Shown here: positions 24,452-38,582 of the stretch, piece after piece
How positions within the stretch are numbered: position 1 is the first letter of the stretch
How the letters are laid out: each line of letters begins with the position of its first letter
Origin: Escherichia coli
GTDB taxonomy: Bacteria > Pseudomonadota > Gammaproteobacteria > Enterobacterales > Enterobacteriaceae
Assembly (NCBI RefSeq): GCF_013122565.1
Contig: NZ_CP053258.1
DNA: 64,000 nucleotides
Strand: one strand, 5' to 3'
Translations under genes and position numbers: made by a program
Notes under the pieces: model-generated
What the model saw: only the letters and a program-made list of their open reading frames with translations
What the model was told of the DNA's origin: nothing
Database searches by the model: none

Positions 24452-25048
24452 TTACTGCAACTGCGCGGCAATTAGCGGCCAGCGGGCGTCAAAATCATCC
24501 GTCGGGCGGTATTTAAACTCGCTGCGGACAAAACGTGACAGCATACCTTCACAGAAGGCCAGGATCTGGCTTGCCAGCAGGGTTTCATCGGTGGTGTAAC
24601 CTTCACCCTCACGCATTCTCTTTTCACGCAATACCTGACGCAGCTGCGCTTCAATACGCTCGAACAGCTGGTTGATACGCCCTTGCAGGCGATCCTGTTC
24701 AAACATCAGCGCATGACCAGTGAGGATGCGGGTCAGGCCAGGATTACGCTCACCAAAACCGAGAAGCAGCAACACAATCAGACGCAGGCGCGCTGTGGTG
24801 TCTTTCTCATCTTTCAGAATCAGATTGATGCGAGTAATCAGGCTATCTTCGATAAACTCAATCAGGCTATCGAACATGCGGGTCTTACTGGGGAAGTGGC
24901 GATACAGTGCCGCTTCGGAAACGCCGACAGAGGCGGCCAGTTTTGCCGTCGTGATACGTTGGCTTCCATCGCTGGATTCCAGCATCAGCGCCAGAGACTG
25001 AAGTATTTCCTCGCGACGGTTCCTTTTCGCAGTTTGTTTTTCTGCCAT
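24452..25048 (-). CDS. slmA: nucleoid occlusion factor SlmA (TetR family)
   Basis: ATG at 25048 gives 198 aa starting [16 protein letters not shown]; TetR-like HTH. Confidence 0.9.
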
Positions 25049-25154
25049 GTTACAAAATACCCCTGAAAATAAGCACTTGCCAGGCGGCACCCACGCTATG
25101 ACCGCAAACGAAATGTTTGCGGCTATGTTATGACGTTATTCGGATGCGTATGTG

Positions 25155-25613
25155 TTACTGACGACCAGAGTGACCAAAGCCGCCTTCACCGCGGTCGGTG
25201 GCGTTGAAATCTTCCACCAGATTAAATTCAGCCTGTACTACCGGAACAAAAATCATCTGGGCGATGCGTTCACCAGGTTGAATGGTGAAGCTGTCCTGAC
25301 CACGGTTCCACACGGAAATCATTAACTGGCCCTGATAGTCGGAATCGATCAATCCTACCAGGTTACCAAGCACGATACCGTGCTTATGCCCCAATCCGGA
25401 GCGCGGCAGCATCATTGCCGCCAGTGAAGGATCGGCAATATGAATCGCCAGCCCGGTCGGAACCAGCGTAGTGTCACCCGGAGCCAGTTCTACGGCGTCG
25501 TCGAGACAGGCACGCAGGTCAAGTCCGGCAGAGCCAGAGGTGGCATAAGTCGGGAGCGGAAATTCCTTCCCAACGCGCGGGTCCAGAATCTTAACGTCGA
25601 TTTTTTTCATCAT
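25155..25613 (-). CDS. dut: dUTP diphosphatase
   Basis: 152-aa [18 protein letters not shown]... Confidence 0.95.
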   Translation of the reverse strand: MMKKIDVKILDPRVGKEFPLPTYATSGSAGLDLRACLDDAVELAPGDTTLVPTGLAIHIADPSLAAMMLPRSGLGHKHGIVLGNLVGLIDSDYQGQLMISVWNRGQDSFTIQPGERIAQMIFVPVVQAEFNLVEDFNATDRGEGGFGHSGRQ

Positions 25614-26811
25614 AACGGGTCACGATCTCGTCGAGTAATAATTGGCCAAGGAGCTCTTTGCGCTCAAGCGGTAAGACTTTATCTCCGTCCTGCCAGAAAA
25701 GGTGTAATGCGTTGTTGTCGCTGTTAAATCCTTGAGTTGGCTGGGAAACATCGTTCGCGCAGATCAGATCAAGGTTTTTACGGATACGTTTTTGCCGGGC
25801 GTATTCTTCCACATTATTTGTTTCGGCGGCAAATCCAACGACGTAGGGGCGATGGTCTTTTAGTGCGGCAACGCCTGCGACGATATCGGGGTTTTTAACC
25901 ATTTTTATTGTTAATTCATCACCCTGCGTGGCCTGTTTTTTGATTTTTTCTGGGGCCACAGTAGCTGCGCGATAATCCGCCACGGCGGCGCAGCCGATAA
26001 AAATATTTTGCTGCTGTACAGAAGCATTCACGGCGGCTTCCATTTCCAGCGCGGTCATCACATCAACACGTTTAACAAACGGTGGCGTCGGTAGTGAAAC
26101 CGGACCTGATACCAGCGTGACGTTCGCGCCACGACGGGCAGCGGCGGCGGCGATAGCAAAACCCATCTTGCCGGAGCTGTGATTAGAGATATAACGCACC
26201 GGATCGAGCGGTTCACGCGTCGGACCGGCGGTAATCATAATGTTCAGATGTTTCAGGTCGTTGACGGGCGAAAAATGCGCCACCGCCATATCCACAATGG
26301 TTAACGGATCGAGCATTCGCCCAGGACCGATATCACCACAAGCCTGACTGCCACTGTCTGGCCCCCAGATGAGCAAACCACGGGAAGCAAGCACCTCTAA
26401 ATTATGCTGCGTGGCAGCGGCACGGTACATCTGCTGGTTCATGGCGGGGAGCACGGCTACAGGCGCAGGTGTAGCCAGACAAATCGTCGATACCAGGTCA
26501 TTCGCCATTCCGGCAGCAACACGGGCAATCAAATCTGCCGTGGCAGGGGCGAGAATCACTAAATCAGCCCATTTACCCAGCTCAATATGGCCCATAGCGG
26601 CTTCGGCTGCCGGGTCAAGCAGGCTGTCGGAAACGGGATACCCAGAAACCGCCTGCAAGCTAAGTGGGGTGATAAAGGCTTTTGCCGCTTCGGTCATGGC
26701 TACGCGGACGTCGGCCCCGCGATCGCGCAAACGACGCACCAGTTCAGGGGTTTTATAGGCAGCAATACCGCCGCTAACGCCGAGAACGATTTTTTTACCG
26801 GCCAGGCTCAT
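25591..26811 (-). CDS. coaBC: bifunctional phosphopantothenoylcysteine decarboxylase / phosphopantothenate-cysteine ligase
   Basis: ATG at 26811 gives 406 aa starting [20 protein letters not shown] (flavoprotein fold); overlaps the dut start. Confidence 0.9.
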   Translation of the reverse strand: MSLAGKKIVLGVSGGIAAYKTPELVRRLRDRGADVRVAMTEAAKAFITPLSLQAVSGYPVSDSLLDPAAEAAMGHIELGKWADLVILAPATADLIARVAAGMANDLVSTICLATPAPVAVLPAMNQQMYRAAATQHNLEVLASRGLLIWGPDSGSQACGDIGPGRMLDPLTIVDMAVAHFSPVNDLKHLNIMITAGPTREPLDPVRYISNHSSGKMGFAIAAAAARRGANVTLVSGPVSLPTPPFVKRVDVMTALEMEAAVNASVQQQNIFIGCAAVADYRAATVAPEKIKKQATQGDELTIKMVKNPDIVAGVAALKDHRPYVVGFAAETNNVEEYARQKRIRKNLDLICANDVSQPTQGFNSDNNALHLFWQDGDKVLPLERKELLGQLLLDEIVTRYDEKNRR

Positions 26812-26976
26812 GATGATTTTTCCTGTTGGGTGACACCAGAAGTTGGCGATTTTATCACAATACTTTTGTTGTCGTGCCTTCACCTGAGAATCACTTTGCG
26901 AGGCGCTTTCCAGGATTGAAAACTGGCCGTCGAATTAACGGAACGGCTATGACAGGATGCGAGCACCACAAAGGAG

Positions 26977-27651
26977 GTGAAGGTGAAAAACAATGCACAG
27001 CTGTTGATGCCGCGCGAAAAAATGCTGAAGTTTGGTATTAGCGCCTTAACGGATGTCGAGCTGCTGGCGCTATTTCTGCGTACCGGAACGCGCGGTAAAG
27101 ATGTATTAACCCTGGCAAAAGAGATGCTGGAGAATTTCGGCTCTCTTTATGGCTTGTTAACCTCTGAATATGAACAATTTAGTGGTGTTCATGGAATTGG
27201 CGTAGCGAAATTTGCCCAGTTAAAGGGGATTGCTGAATTGGCGCGGCGTTACTACAACGTGCGGATGCGTGAAGAAAGCCCTTTACTCAGCCCGGAGATG
27301 ACGCGGGAATTTTTACAAAGCCAGCTCACGGGTGAGGAGCGGGAGATCTTTATGGTGATCTTTCTCGACTCACAACACCGGGTTATAACGCATAGCCGTC
27401 TTTTTTCCGGCACGCTAAACCATGTTGAAGTCCATCCTCGGGAAATTATCCGCGAAGCGATAAAAATAAACGCCTCGGCGCTGATCCTTGCACATAATCA
27501 CCCTTCGGGTTGTGCTGAACCCAGTAAAGCGGATAAACTCATTACTGAACGGATAATAAAGAGTTGTCAGTTCATGGATTTACGCGTGCTCGACCATATC
27601 GTGATTGGGCGTGGAGAGTATGTTTCTTTTGCCGAACGCGGCTGGATTTAA
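26977..27651 (+). CDS. radC: RadC/YicR-family JAB-domain protein
   Basis: 224-aa ORF with JAMM-like motif HNHPSG. Confidence 0.85.
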
Positions 27652-27846
27652 CCCGCTATGCGCGATCCTTCGGGATCTTTGTCTGTTCGGGACTTGAGCA
27701 CATCGCTGAGTCAGCGTATACTACGCCACCTTTGAGAATCTCGGGTTTGGCATTTGGGCCTGGCAATCGAGAGTTCACATAGAACTGCGATGACCGGGCT
27801 GTAAAGCCTGACGAGGCGCCAATACCCCATACGAAGCTCGAGCTAA

Positions 27847-28104
<258 letters not shown>

Positions 28105-28121
28105 GTACTTAGAGGAAATAA

Positions 28122-28292
<171 letters not shown>

Positions 28293-28389
28293 TTCTCGCT
28301 TTGATGTAACGAAAAACCTCGCTCCGGCGGGGTTTTTTGTTATCTGCTTGCCCCCATATTGACTGCATCTGTTCATTCCTGGAGATGCT

Positions 28390-29199
28390 ATGCCTGAATT
28401 ACCCGAAGTTGAAACCAGCCGTCGCGGCATAGAACCGCATCTCGTTGGTGCAACCATTCTTCATGCGGTGGTGCGCAACGGACGCTTGCGCTGGCCGGTT
28501 TCAGAAGAGATCTACCGTTTAAGCGACCAACCAGTGCTTAGCGTGCAGCGGCGGGCTAAATATCTGCTGCTGGAGCTGCCTGAGGGCTGGATTATCATTC
28601 ATTTAGGGATGTCTGGCAGCCTGCGCATCCTTCCAGAAGAACTTCCCCCTGAAAAGCATGACCATGTGGATTTGGTGATGAGCAACGGTAAAGTGCTGCG
28701 CTACACCGATCCGCGCCGCTTTGGTGCCTGGCTGTGGACCAAAGAGCTGGAAGGGCATAATGTGCTGGCCCATCTTGGACCGGAGCCGCTTAGCGACGAT
28801 TTCAACGGTGAGTATCTGCATCAGAAGTGCGAGAAGAAAAAAACGGCGATTAAACCGTGGCTGATGGATAACAAGCTGGTGGTAGGGGTAGGGAATATCT
28901 ATGCCAGCGAATCACTGTTTGCGGCGGGGATCCATCCGGATCGGCTGGCGTCATCACTGTCGCTGGCAGAGTGTGAATTGTTAGCTCGGGTGATTAAAGC
29001 GGTGTTGCTGCGTTCGATTGAGCAGGGTGGTACAACTCTGAAAGATTTTCTGCAAAGTGATGGTAAACCGGGCTATTTCGCGCAGGAATTGCAGGTTTAC
29101 GGGCGAAAAGGCGAGCCGTGTCGGGTGTGCGGTACGCCGATTGTGGCGACTAAACATGCGCAGCGGGCAACGTTTTATTGTCGGCAGTGTCAGAAGTAA
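28390..29199 (+). CDS. mutM: formamidopyrimidine-DNA glycosylase
   Basis: 269-aa ORF starting MPELPEVE; C-terminal zinc finger CRVCGTPI...CRQC. Confidence 0.95.
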   Translation: MPELPEVETSRRGIEPHLVGATILHAVVRNGRLRWPVSEEIYRLSDQPVLSVQRRAKYLLLELPEGWIIIHLGMSGSLRILPEELPPEKHDHVDLVMSNGKVLRYTDPRRFGAWLWTKELEGHNVLAHLGPEPLSDDFNGEYLHQKCEKKKTAIKPWLMDNKLVVGVGNIYASESLFAAGIHPDRLASSLSLAECELLARVIKAVLLRSIEQGGTTLKDFLQSDGKPGYFAQELQVYGRKGEPCRVCGTPIVATKHAQRATFYCRQCQK

Positions 29200-29237
29200 T
29201 TCATGCGCGCCGGATGGCATACCATCCGGCATAAACG

Positions 29238-31002
<1,765 letters not shown>

Positions 31003-31326
31003 AGTAAATAGCTGACTTATGGATGTGCTGGGGATTCTATGTATTTAGCTGTGGCTTTACCATTACTTTTCCCGTTTTTGACTTAAATAGCAATTTACCC
31101 GCCAATTCTTGCTGAACATCTATACTTTTTTTGTATTTTTATGCGATTCATTGATTTCTGCAGTACGTGCAGGAAGGAATCGCAGAGCAACAGTAAAAGA
31201 ATATGGTCACTAATGATTTTATTTGATTGATTTCTTTATTGAAAATCAACAATATGCTTAAAAATCATTCGGGTCGGATTGCCGCGAAAGAAGTGATACA
31301 CTAGCGCGTCAATATCAGTGCGGTAT

Positions 31327-31365
31327 CAGTATTCAGGTAGCTGTTGAGCCTGGGGCGGTAGCGTG
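31327..31365 (+). promoter_or_regulatory. JUMPStart element containing the ops site (RfaH recruitment) in the waaQ leader
   Basis: cagtattcaggtagctgttgagcctggGGCGGTAGCGTG; the 12-nt ops consensus GGCGGTAGCGTG is at 31354-31365. Confidence 0.7.
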
Positions 31366-31438
31366 CTTTTTCTGCTTCACCTTAATCGGATAATCTCAAC
31401 AAAAAGAGTTACTTGTGGATAAGCCATTTCGAAGAATT

Positions 31439-32473
31439 TTGCTCATTAAGATGCGTTTTCATGGGGATATGTTATTGACTACTCCCGTCATTAGTTCGCT
31501 GAAAAAAAATTACCCTGACGCAAAAATCGATGTGCTGCTTTATCAGGACACCATCCCGATCCTGTCTGAAAATCCAGAGATTAACGCGCTCTACGGCATA
31601 AAAAATAAAAAAGCAAAAGCCTCAGAAAAAATTGCCAACTTTTTTCATCTCATCAAGGTATTACGTGCCAATAAGTATGACCTTATCGTCAATCTTACCG
31701 ATCAATGGATGGTTGCTATACTGGTTCGCTTATTAAATGCCCGTGTGAAAATTTCCCAGGATTATCATCATCGGCAGTCTGCTTTTTGGCGTAAAAGTTT
31801 CACCCATTTGGTGCCGTTGCAGGGTGGAAATGTGGTGGAAAGTAACTTATCCGTGCTGACACCATTGGGACTTGATTCGTTGGTGAAGCAGACAACCATG
31901 AGTTACCCGCCTGCAAGCTGGAAACGTATGCGTCGCGAACTTGATCACGCTGGTGTTGGACAAAATTATGTGGTTATCCAACCTACGGCGCGGCAAATCT
32001 TCAAATGCTGGGACAACGCCAAGTTTTCCGCTGTGATTGATGCCTTACATGCTCGTGGTTATGAAGTCGTTCTGACGTCCGGCCCAGATAAAGACGATCT
32101 GGCCTGCGTCAATGAAATTGCGCAGGGATGCCAGACGCCACCAGTAACGGCCCTGGCTGGAAAGGTGACCTTCCCGGAACTTGGTGCGTTAATCGATCAT
32201 GCGCAGCTGTTTATTGGCGTTGATTCCGCACCGGCGCATATTGCCGCTGCAGTTAATACGCCGCTGATATCGCTGTTTGGTGCGACAGACCATATTTTCT
32301 GGCGTCCCTGGTCAAATAACATGATTCAATTCTGGGCGGGAGATTATCGGGAAATGCCAACGCGCGATCAGCGTGACCGAAATGAGATGTATCTTTCGGT
32401 TATTCCGGCGGCAGATGTCATTGCTGCTGTCGATAAATTACTGCCCTCCTCCACGACAGGTACGTCGTTATGA
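31439..32473 (+). CDS. waaQ: LPS heptosyltransferase III (GT9)
   Basis: Frame opens at a GTG at 31415 (352 aa); the TTG at 31439 gives 344 aa, matching my recollection of the K-12 WaaQ length; start is uncertain. Confidence 0.8.
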   Translation: MLIKMRFHGDMLLTTPVISSLKKNYPDAKIDVLLYQDTIPILSENPEINALYGIKNKKAKASEKIANFFHLIKVLRANKYDLIVNLTDQWMVAILVRLLNARVKISQDYHHRQSAFWRKSFTHLVPLQGGNVVESNLSVLTPLGLDSLVKQTTMSYPPASWKRMRRELDHAGVGQNYVVIQPTARQIFKCWDNAKFSAVIDALHARGYEVVLTSGPDKDDLACVNEIAQGCQTPPVTALAGKVTFPELGALIDHAQLFIGVDSAPAHIAAAVNTPLISLFGATDHIFWRPWSNNMIQFWAGDYREMPTRDQRDRNEMYLSVIPAADVIAAVDKLLPSSTTGTSL

Positions 32474-33594
32474 TCGTTGCTTTTTGTTTATATAAATATT
32501 TTCCCTTTGGCGGTTTGCAGCGCGATTTTATGCGTATTGCTCAGACAGTCGCCGCCCGAGGTCATCATGTTCGGGTTTATACCCAGTCGTGGGAAGGCGA
32601 ATGCCCTGATGTATTTGAACTGATCAAAGTGCCGGTTAAATCGCATACCAATCACGGGCGCAATGCGGAGTATTTTGCCTGGGTGCAAAAACATTTACGC
32701 GAACATCCCGTCGATAAAGTCGTTGGATTCAACAAAATGCCGGGGCTGGACGTTTATTATGCCGCTGATGTTTGTTATGCCGAGAAAGTAGCGCAGGAAA
32801 AAGGCTTTTTCTATCGCCTGACGTCACGTTATCGCCATTATGCCGCCTTTGAGCGGGCAACCTTCGAACAGGGCAAGCCGACACAGCTGCTGATGCTGAC
32901 AGATAAGCAAATCGCCGATTTCCAGAAACATTATCAGACTGAAGCGGAGCGTTTTCATATTCTGCCACCGGGAATTTATCCTGATCGTAAATATAGCCAG
33001 CAGCCAGCTAATAGCCGTGAAATCTTCCGTAAGAAGAATGGAATAACCGAACAACAATATTTATTGTTGCAGGTCGGTTCAGACTTCACGCGTAAAGGTG
33101 TCGATCGTTCCATTGAAGCACTTGCTTCGTTACCGGATTCGCTGCGCCACAACACATTGCTATATGTTGTTGGGCAGGATAAACCGCGAAAATTTGAGGC
33201 GCTGGCAGAAAAACGCGGCGTGCGCAGTAATGTTCACTTCTTCTCGGGGCGCAACGATGTCTCGGAATTAATGGCGGCGGCGGATTTATTACTGCATCCT
33301 GCCTACCAGGAAGCTGCGGGAATTGTGCTGCTGGAAGCGATTACTGCAGGATTACCGGTACTAACAACTGCCGTTTGCGGCTATGCGCATTATATTGTCG
33401 ACGCCAATTGCGGCGAGGCTATTGCTGAGCCATTCCGCCAGGAAACATTGAATGAGATTTTACGCAAAGCGTTAACACAATCTTCATTGCGCCAGGCCTG
33501 GGCGGAAAATGCGCGACATTATGCTGATACACAAGATTTATACAGTCTGCCAGAGAAAGCGGCGGATATCATAACGGGTGGTCTGGATGGTTGA
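32470..33594 (+). CDS. waaG: LPS core glucosyltransferase I (GT4)
   Basis: 374-aa ORF; overlaps the waaQ stop. Confidence 0.9.
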   Translation: MIVAFCLYKYFPFGGLQRDFMRIAQTVAARGHHVRVYTQSWEGECPDVFELIKVPVKSHTNHGRNAEYFAWVQKHLREHPVDKVVGFNKMPGLDVYYAADVCYAEKVAQEKGFFYRLTSRYRHYAAFERATFEQGKPTQLLMLTDKQIADFQKHYQTEAERFHILPPGIYPDRKYSQQPANSREIFRKKNGITEQQYLLLQVGSDFTRKGVDRSIEALASLPDSLRHNTLLYVVGQDKPRKFEALAEKRGVRSNVHFFSGRNDVSELMAAADLLLHPAYQEAAGIVLLEAITAGLPVLTTAVCGYAHYIVDANCGEAIAEPFRQETLNEILRKALTQSSLRQAWAENARHYADTQDLYSLPEKAADIITGGLDG

Positions 33595-34384
33595 ACTTAA
33601 AGAGCCGTTTGCCACGTTATGGCGCGGAAAAGATCCTTTTGAGGAAGTTAAAACTTTGCAGGGTGAGGTATTTCGTGAACTGGAAACTCGCCGTACTCTG
33701 CGCTTTGAAATGGCGGGCAAAAGCTATTTTCTCAAATGGCATCGCGGCACGACCCTGAAAGAGATAATCAAAAATTTACTCTCATTGCGGATGCCAGTAT
33801 TAGGCGCAGACCGCGAATGGAATGCGATTCATCGACTGCGGGATGTCGGCGTTGATACTATGTATGGGGTGGCATTTGGCGAAAAAGGCATGAATCCGCT
33901 GACCAGAACTTCATTTATTATTACCGAAGATCTGACACCAACCATAAGTCTGGAAGATTACTGTGCTGACTGGGCGACCAACCCACCAGATGTTCGCGTA
34001 AAGCGTATGCTTATTAAGCGTGTCGCGACGATGGTGCGCGATATGCATGCTGCGGGCATTAACCACCGTGACTGTTATATCTGTCATTTCCTGTTGCACT
34101 TGCCTTTTTCCGGTAAGGAAGAGGAGTTAAAAATTTCGGTAATTGACCTGCACCGGGCGCAGCTTCGCACGCGCGTTCCACGTCGTTGGCGGGATAAAGA
34201 TTTGATTGGTTTATATTTCTCATCAATGAATATTGGTCTGACGCAGAGAGATATCTGGCGATTTATGAAGGTTTATTTTGGGATGCCTTTACGCGATATT
34301 TATAGACTTGAGATTGATTTACTTAAAAAGGCAAGGATTAAAGCAGGAAAAATAGAAGCAAGAACAATAAGAAAAAACTTGTAA
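33587..34384 (+). CDS. waaP: LPS core heptose(I) kinase
   Basis: ATG at 33587 gives 265 aa starting [12 protein letters not shown]; kinase-like HRDCY motif. Confidence 0.9.
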   Translation: MVELKEPFATLWRGKDPFEEVKTLQGEVFRELETRRTLRFEMAGKSYFLKWHRGTTLKEIIKNLLSLRMPVLGADREWNAIHRLRDVGVDTMYGVAFGEKGMNPLTRTSFIITEDLTPTISLEDYCADWATNPPDVRVKRMLIKRVATMVRDMHAAGINHRDCYICHFLLHLPFSGKEEELKISVIDLHRAQLRTRVPRRWRDKDLIGLYFSSMNIGLTQRDIWRFMKVYFGMPLRDIYRLEIDLLKKARIKAGKIEARTIRKNL

Positions 34385-34416
34385 ATAGTATTTTATTACA
34401 AAAAGGGATTCTAAAA

Positions 34417-35397
34417 TTGTTGAAATATAGAAACTTCGTTGCTAAGAAGAAAAATTTATACCAAAACGAAGTGTCGTATGTTAAAAATTTACATATTGCA
34501 CTATGCTTTGACCGTGAATTCATAATGCCAGCGGGTGTTGCATTATATTCAATTATATCCAACAATAGACATATTAACCTTCATTTTCACCTTCTTATAT
34601 CAGGCATAGAAGAAAAGGAGTGTTCAGCTTTTTACGAACTAGAAGGTCCTAATACATCAATATCTGTATATTATATAACTGATAAATTTGACATTAATCC
34701 GGATACATTAGTTCTTGGTATTCCTTTATCAACATGTTTACGTTTTTTAATCCCAGAAGTTATTGATGATAAAATAAATAAGATACTTTATCTTGACTGT
34801 GATGTCATATGTAATGGTCCTTTAGATGAACTGGTTGATTATAATTTAAATGCTGATATTGCATATGTAATTCCAGATTCGCCAGAAATGCAAGAACGTG
34901 TAAAAAAATTAGACTATGGCATTGAGTTTATTAATTATTTTAATGCCGGGGTTATGCTTATTAATACCAGCGAATGGAAAAAAAATAATATAACACAAAA
35001 AGCGTTAGAAAAGATCAACAGTGGAAAAGTATATAGGTATGCAGATCAGGATGTGCTCAATATTTTACTTAATGGACGAGTGCATTACCTTGATAAGAAG
35101 TACAATAATAAGACAACATTGTCAGTACGATGTGATGAAGAACAAAAAAACTTGCCCAACACAATTATAATGCATTATGTTACCCAGAATAAACCATGGT
35201 ACAAAATATTTAGAGCACAAAATTTTGATCATTATTTTTCAAATTCTCCTTGGAAGAACCATAAAAGAAATCTAGCTCCATCATCAAGTGAGATTAGGTT
35301 AAAGTCTAAAGTTTTTTGGCTAGAAGGAAAATATTGTAAAGCCATTTCTTATTATTATAAGTATTTACTTGTTAAATTATTTGGCTTAAAGATTTAG
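34417..35397 (+). CDS. waaS: GT8-family glycosyltransferase at the waaS position of a K-12-type core cluster
   Basis: Positionally equivalent to K-12 waaS; the protein shares the DxD region (LYLDCDVICNGPL), FNAGVMLIN, DQDVLN and KPW motifs with the downstream waaO and waaJ products; frame begins at TTG, first in-frame ATG is codon 37, so the start is uncertain. Confidence 0.6.
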   Translation: MLKYRNFVAKKKNLYQNEVSYVKNLHIALCFDREFIMPAGVALYSIISNNRHINLHFHLLISGIEEKECSAFYELEGPNTSISVYYITDKFDINPDTLVLGIPLSTCLRFLIPEVIDDKINKILYLDCDVICNGPLDELVDYNLNADIAYVIPDSPEMQERVKKLDYGIEFINYFNAGVMLINTSEWKKNNITQKALEKINSGKVYRYADQDVLNILLNGRVHYLDKKYNNKTTLSVRCDEEQKNLPNTIIMHYVTQNKPWYKIFRAQNFDHYFSNSPWKNHKRNLAPSSSEIRLKSKVFWLEGKYCKAISYYYKYLLVKLFGLKI

Positions 35398-35410
35398 CTG
35401 GAATGAAATT

Positions 35411-36490
35411 ATGAAAATAGCCTTTATTGGCGAAGCTGTTTCTGGATTTGGCGGCATGGAAACAGTCATTCGTGATGTTATTACTACCTTCAGGCAACAA
35501 CATATCCAAAGTGAAATTTTTTTCTTTTGTCGTAATGACAAAATGGATAAGGGATGGCTGGAGGGTATTAAGTACTCGTGTTCATTTTCCAATATTCGCT
35601 TAGGTTTTTTGCGTCGCGCGAAACATATTCATGCTTTAAGCAAATGGTTTCAGGATTATCAGCCAGATGTTGTTATTTGTATTGACATGATCTCGTGTTT
35701 GTATGCGGCCAAAGCTCGTAAAAAATCGGGGATTGATGTACCTGTATTTTCATGGCCGCATTTTTCTTTAGATCATAAAAAACATGCCGAATATATCACC
35801 TGTGCAGACTATCATTTAGCCATCAGCTCTGGTATTAAACAGCAAATGATTAGCCGGGGTGTGCCGGAATCGACAATAAACGTTATTTTTAATCCCGTCG
35901 AGGCGAAAAATTCAGTCATTCCTGCACCCGGGGAAGGCGAAACGGCAACATTCATTTATGTTGGGCGCATGAAATTTGAAGGCCAAAAGCGCGTAAAAGA
36001 TCTGCTTGATGGCTTATCACAAGTGCAAGGTGACTGGAAACTTCATGTATTGGGAGATGGCTCCGATTTCGAAAAATGCCAGGCTTATGGTAGAGAATTA
36101 AATATTGATGATCGAATTGTCTGGTATGGTTGGCAACAACATCCCTGGAAATTAGTTCAGCAAGATATTAAAAAAGTGAGTGCATTATTACTCACGTCAT
36201 CTTTTGAAGGTTTCCCAATGACTCTACTTGAAGCCTTGTCGTGGGGGATCCCTTGTATCAGTGCAGATTGCGTCTCCGGGCCTGCTGATATCATTCAGCC
36301 TGATGTTAATGGTCATTTATATCAACCGGGAGATATTGCTGGTTTTGTAACTCTTCTAAATAAATATATAGCAGGTGAAATTCATATCGAACATGAAAAA
36401 ATTCCTGCGTCGATCGATAAGTTTTATCAATTAAAGTATTACGATAGATTACATAATATAATTATTTCTGCTATTTCCCGGAGGAAATAA
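35411..36490 (+). CDS. waaB: LPS core galactosyltransferase (GT4)
   Basis: 359-aa ORF, same length as K-12 WaaB. Confidence 0.85.
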   Translation: MKIAFIGEAVSGFGGMETVIRDVITTFRQQHIQSEIFFFCRNDKMDKGWLEGIKYSCSFSNIRLGFLRRAKHIHALSKWFQDYQPDVVICIDMISCLYAAKARKKSGIDVPVFSWPHFSLDHKKHAEYITCADYHLAISSGIKQQMISRGVPESTINVIFNPVEAKNSVIPAPGEGETATFIYVGRMKFEGQKRVKDLLDGLSQVQGDWKLHVLGDGSDFEKCQAYGRELNIDDRIVWYGWQQHPWKLVQQDIKKVSALLLTSSFEGFPMTLLEALSWGIPCISADCVSGPADIIQPDVNGHLYQPGDIAGFVTLLNKYIAGEIHIEHEKIPASIDKFYQLKYYDRLHNIIISAISRRK

Positions 36491-37509
36491 TGCAGCAGGT
36501 ATTATTCCAGGAAACTGAGTTTCTAAATACAGTTATTGATTATAATCATAAAGTAGAAACGGAAAATCCTTGTCTGGACATCGCGTATGGAACTGACAAA
36601 AACTTTCTATTTGGTTGCGGAATTTCGATTGCTTCAATATTAAAGTATAATGAAGGAAGTCGGTTGTGTTTCCACATTTTTACTGATTATTTTGGTGATG
36701 ATGATCGTAAGTATTTTGATGCCCTAGCGTTACAGTATAAAACCAGAATTAAAATATATCTGATTAATGGTGACCGACTACGCTCATTGCCTAGCACAAA
36801 GAACTGGACTCATGCAATATATTTTCGTTTTGTTATTGCAGATTACTTTATTAATAAGGCGGCTAAAGTCCTTTATCTGGATGCAGATATCATTTGTCAG
36901 GGGACTATTGAGCCACTAATTAAATTCTCATTTCCTGACGATAAAGTCGCAATGGTTGTTTCTGAAGGGCAAGCTGACTGGTGGGAAAAACGCGCCCATT
37001 CGTTAGGTGTTGCGGGAATTGCTAAAGGTTACTTTAACTCCGGTTTTTTATTGATTAATACTGCCAAATGGGCGGCTCAGCAGGTTTCTGCACGAGCCAT
37101 TGCAATGCTAAATGAGCCAGAAATAATCAAAAAAATAACACATCCTGATCAGGATGTATTAAATATGTTGCTGGCAGATAAACTTATTTTCGCTGATATT
37201 AAATATAACACCCAGTTTAGCTTAAATTATCAACTAAAAGATAACTTTATAAACCCAATTACCAACGATACTATTTTTATCCATTATATCGGGCCAACCA
37301 AGCCCTGGCATGATTGGGCCTGGGATTATCCTGTATCACAAGTATTTATGGAGGCAAAAAATGTTTCGCCATGGAAGAATACGGCGTTGCTGAAACCGAA
37401 CAATAGCAATCAATTAAGATATAGCGCTAAACATATGCTTAAAAAACATAGATATCTAAAAGGGTTTAGCAACTATCTTTTTTATTTTATTGAAAAGATA
37501 AAGCATTAA
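36490..37509 (+). CDS. waaO: LPS core alpha-1,3-glucosyltransferase (GT8)
   Basis: 339-aa ORF; GT8 motifs LYLDADIICQG, DQDVLN. Confidence 0.85.
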   Translation: MQQVLFQETEFLNTVIDYNHKVETENPCLDIAYGTDKNFLFGCGISIASILKYNEGSRLCFHIFTDYFGDDDRKYFDALALQYKTRIKIYLINGDRLRSLPSTKNWTHAIYFRFVIADYFINKAAKVLYLDADIICQGTIEPLIKFSFPDDKVAMVVSEGQADWWEKRAHSLGVAGIAKGYFNSGFLLINTAKWAAQQVSARAIAMLNEPEIIKKITHPDQDVLNMLLADKLIFADIKYNTQFSLNYQLKDNFINPITNDTIFIHYIGPTKPWHDWAWDYPVSQVFMEAKNVSPWKNTALLKPNNSNQLRYSAKHMLKKHRYLKGFSNYLFYFIEKIKH

Positions 37510-37548
37510 AACTGGGAAACTATAAAGTAATGATATAAGGGTAGCATT

Positions 37549-38565
37549 GTGGACTCATTTCCTGCCATAGAGATAGATAAAGTTAAAGCCTGGGATTTTC
37601 GGCTGGCTAATATAAATACTTGTGAATGTTTAAATGTTGCCTATGGTGTCGATGCTAATTATCTTGATGGTGTAGGTGTTTCCATCACATCAATTGTCCT
37701 AAATAATCGACATATTAGTCTTGATTTTTATATTATTGCTGATGTTTATAATGATGCTTTTTTTCAAAAAGTTGCAAAGCTTGCAGAGCAATACCAATTA
37801 AGAATCACGTTATATAGAATTAACACTGATAAGCTCCAGTGCTTGCCTTGTACACAGGTCTGGTCAAGAGCAATGTACTTCCGTTTATTTGCATTTCAAT
37901 TATTGGGTTTAACTCTTGATCGTTTGCTTTATCTTGATGCAGATGTTGTTTGTAAAGGCGATATTAGCCAACTATTGCATCTGGATTTAAACGGAGCGGT
38001 TGCTGCTGTTGTTAAAGATGTTGACCCAATGCAGGAAAAGGCGGCATCTAGGTTGTCTGATCCTGAATTAGTTGGGCAGTACTTTAATTCCGGTGTCGTT
38101 TATTTAGATTTAAAAAAATGGGCTAACGCAAAACTAACCGAAAAAGCGTTGTCTATTCTTATGAGTAAAGATAATTTTTATAAATACCCTGATCAGGATG
38201 TTATGAATGTCTTACTGAAAGGAATGACAATATTTTTGCCTCGTGAGTATAATACAATTTATACAATTAAAAGTGAATTAAAGGACAAAACACATCAAAA
38301 CTATAAAAAGCTGATTACAGAAAATACTCTTCTTATTCATTATACAGGTGCAACTAAACCGTGGCACAAATGGGCAATTTATCCATCGGTAAAATACTAC
38401 AAAATAGCTTTAGACAATTCCCCCTGGAAAGATGACTCTCCACGAGATGCGAAATCAATTATTGAATTCAAAAAAAGATATAAACATCTTTTAGTGCAAC
38501 ATCACTATATCTCAGGAATTATAGCAGGAGTCTGTTATCTTTGCCGAAAATATTACCGTAAATAA
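37549..38565 (+). CDS. waaJ: LPS core alpha-1,2-glucosyltransferase (GT8)
   Basis: 338-aa ORF from a GTG start; GT8 motifs LYLDADVVCKG, DQDVMN. Confidence 0.85.
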   Translation: MDSFPAIEIDKVKAWDFRLANINTCECLNVAYGVDANYLDGVGVSITSIVLNNRHISLDFYIIADVYNDAFFQKVAKLAEQYQLRITLYRINTDKLQCLPCTQVWSRAMYFRLFAFQLLGLTLDRLLYLDADVVCKGDISQLLHLDLNGAVAAVVKDVDPMQEKAASRLSDPELVGQYFNSGVVYLDLKKWANAKLTEKALSILMSKDNFYKYPDQDVMNVLLKGMTIFLPREYNTIYTIKSELKDKTHQNYKKLITENTLLIHYTGATKPWHKWAIYPSVKYYKIALDNSPWKDDSPRDAKSIIEFKKRYKHLLVQHHYISGIIAGVCYLCRKYYRK

Positions 38566-38582
38566 CATTTAACTGGTTTATT

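Noticed and set aside
29206-29230. Hairpin after mutM (gcgcgccggatggcat-accatccggc) as a terminator
   Set aside because: Stem is present but there is no clear T run on either strand; may be REP-like or a weak terminator, so not listed as a feature.
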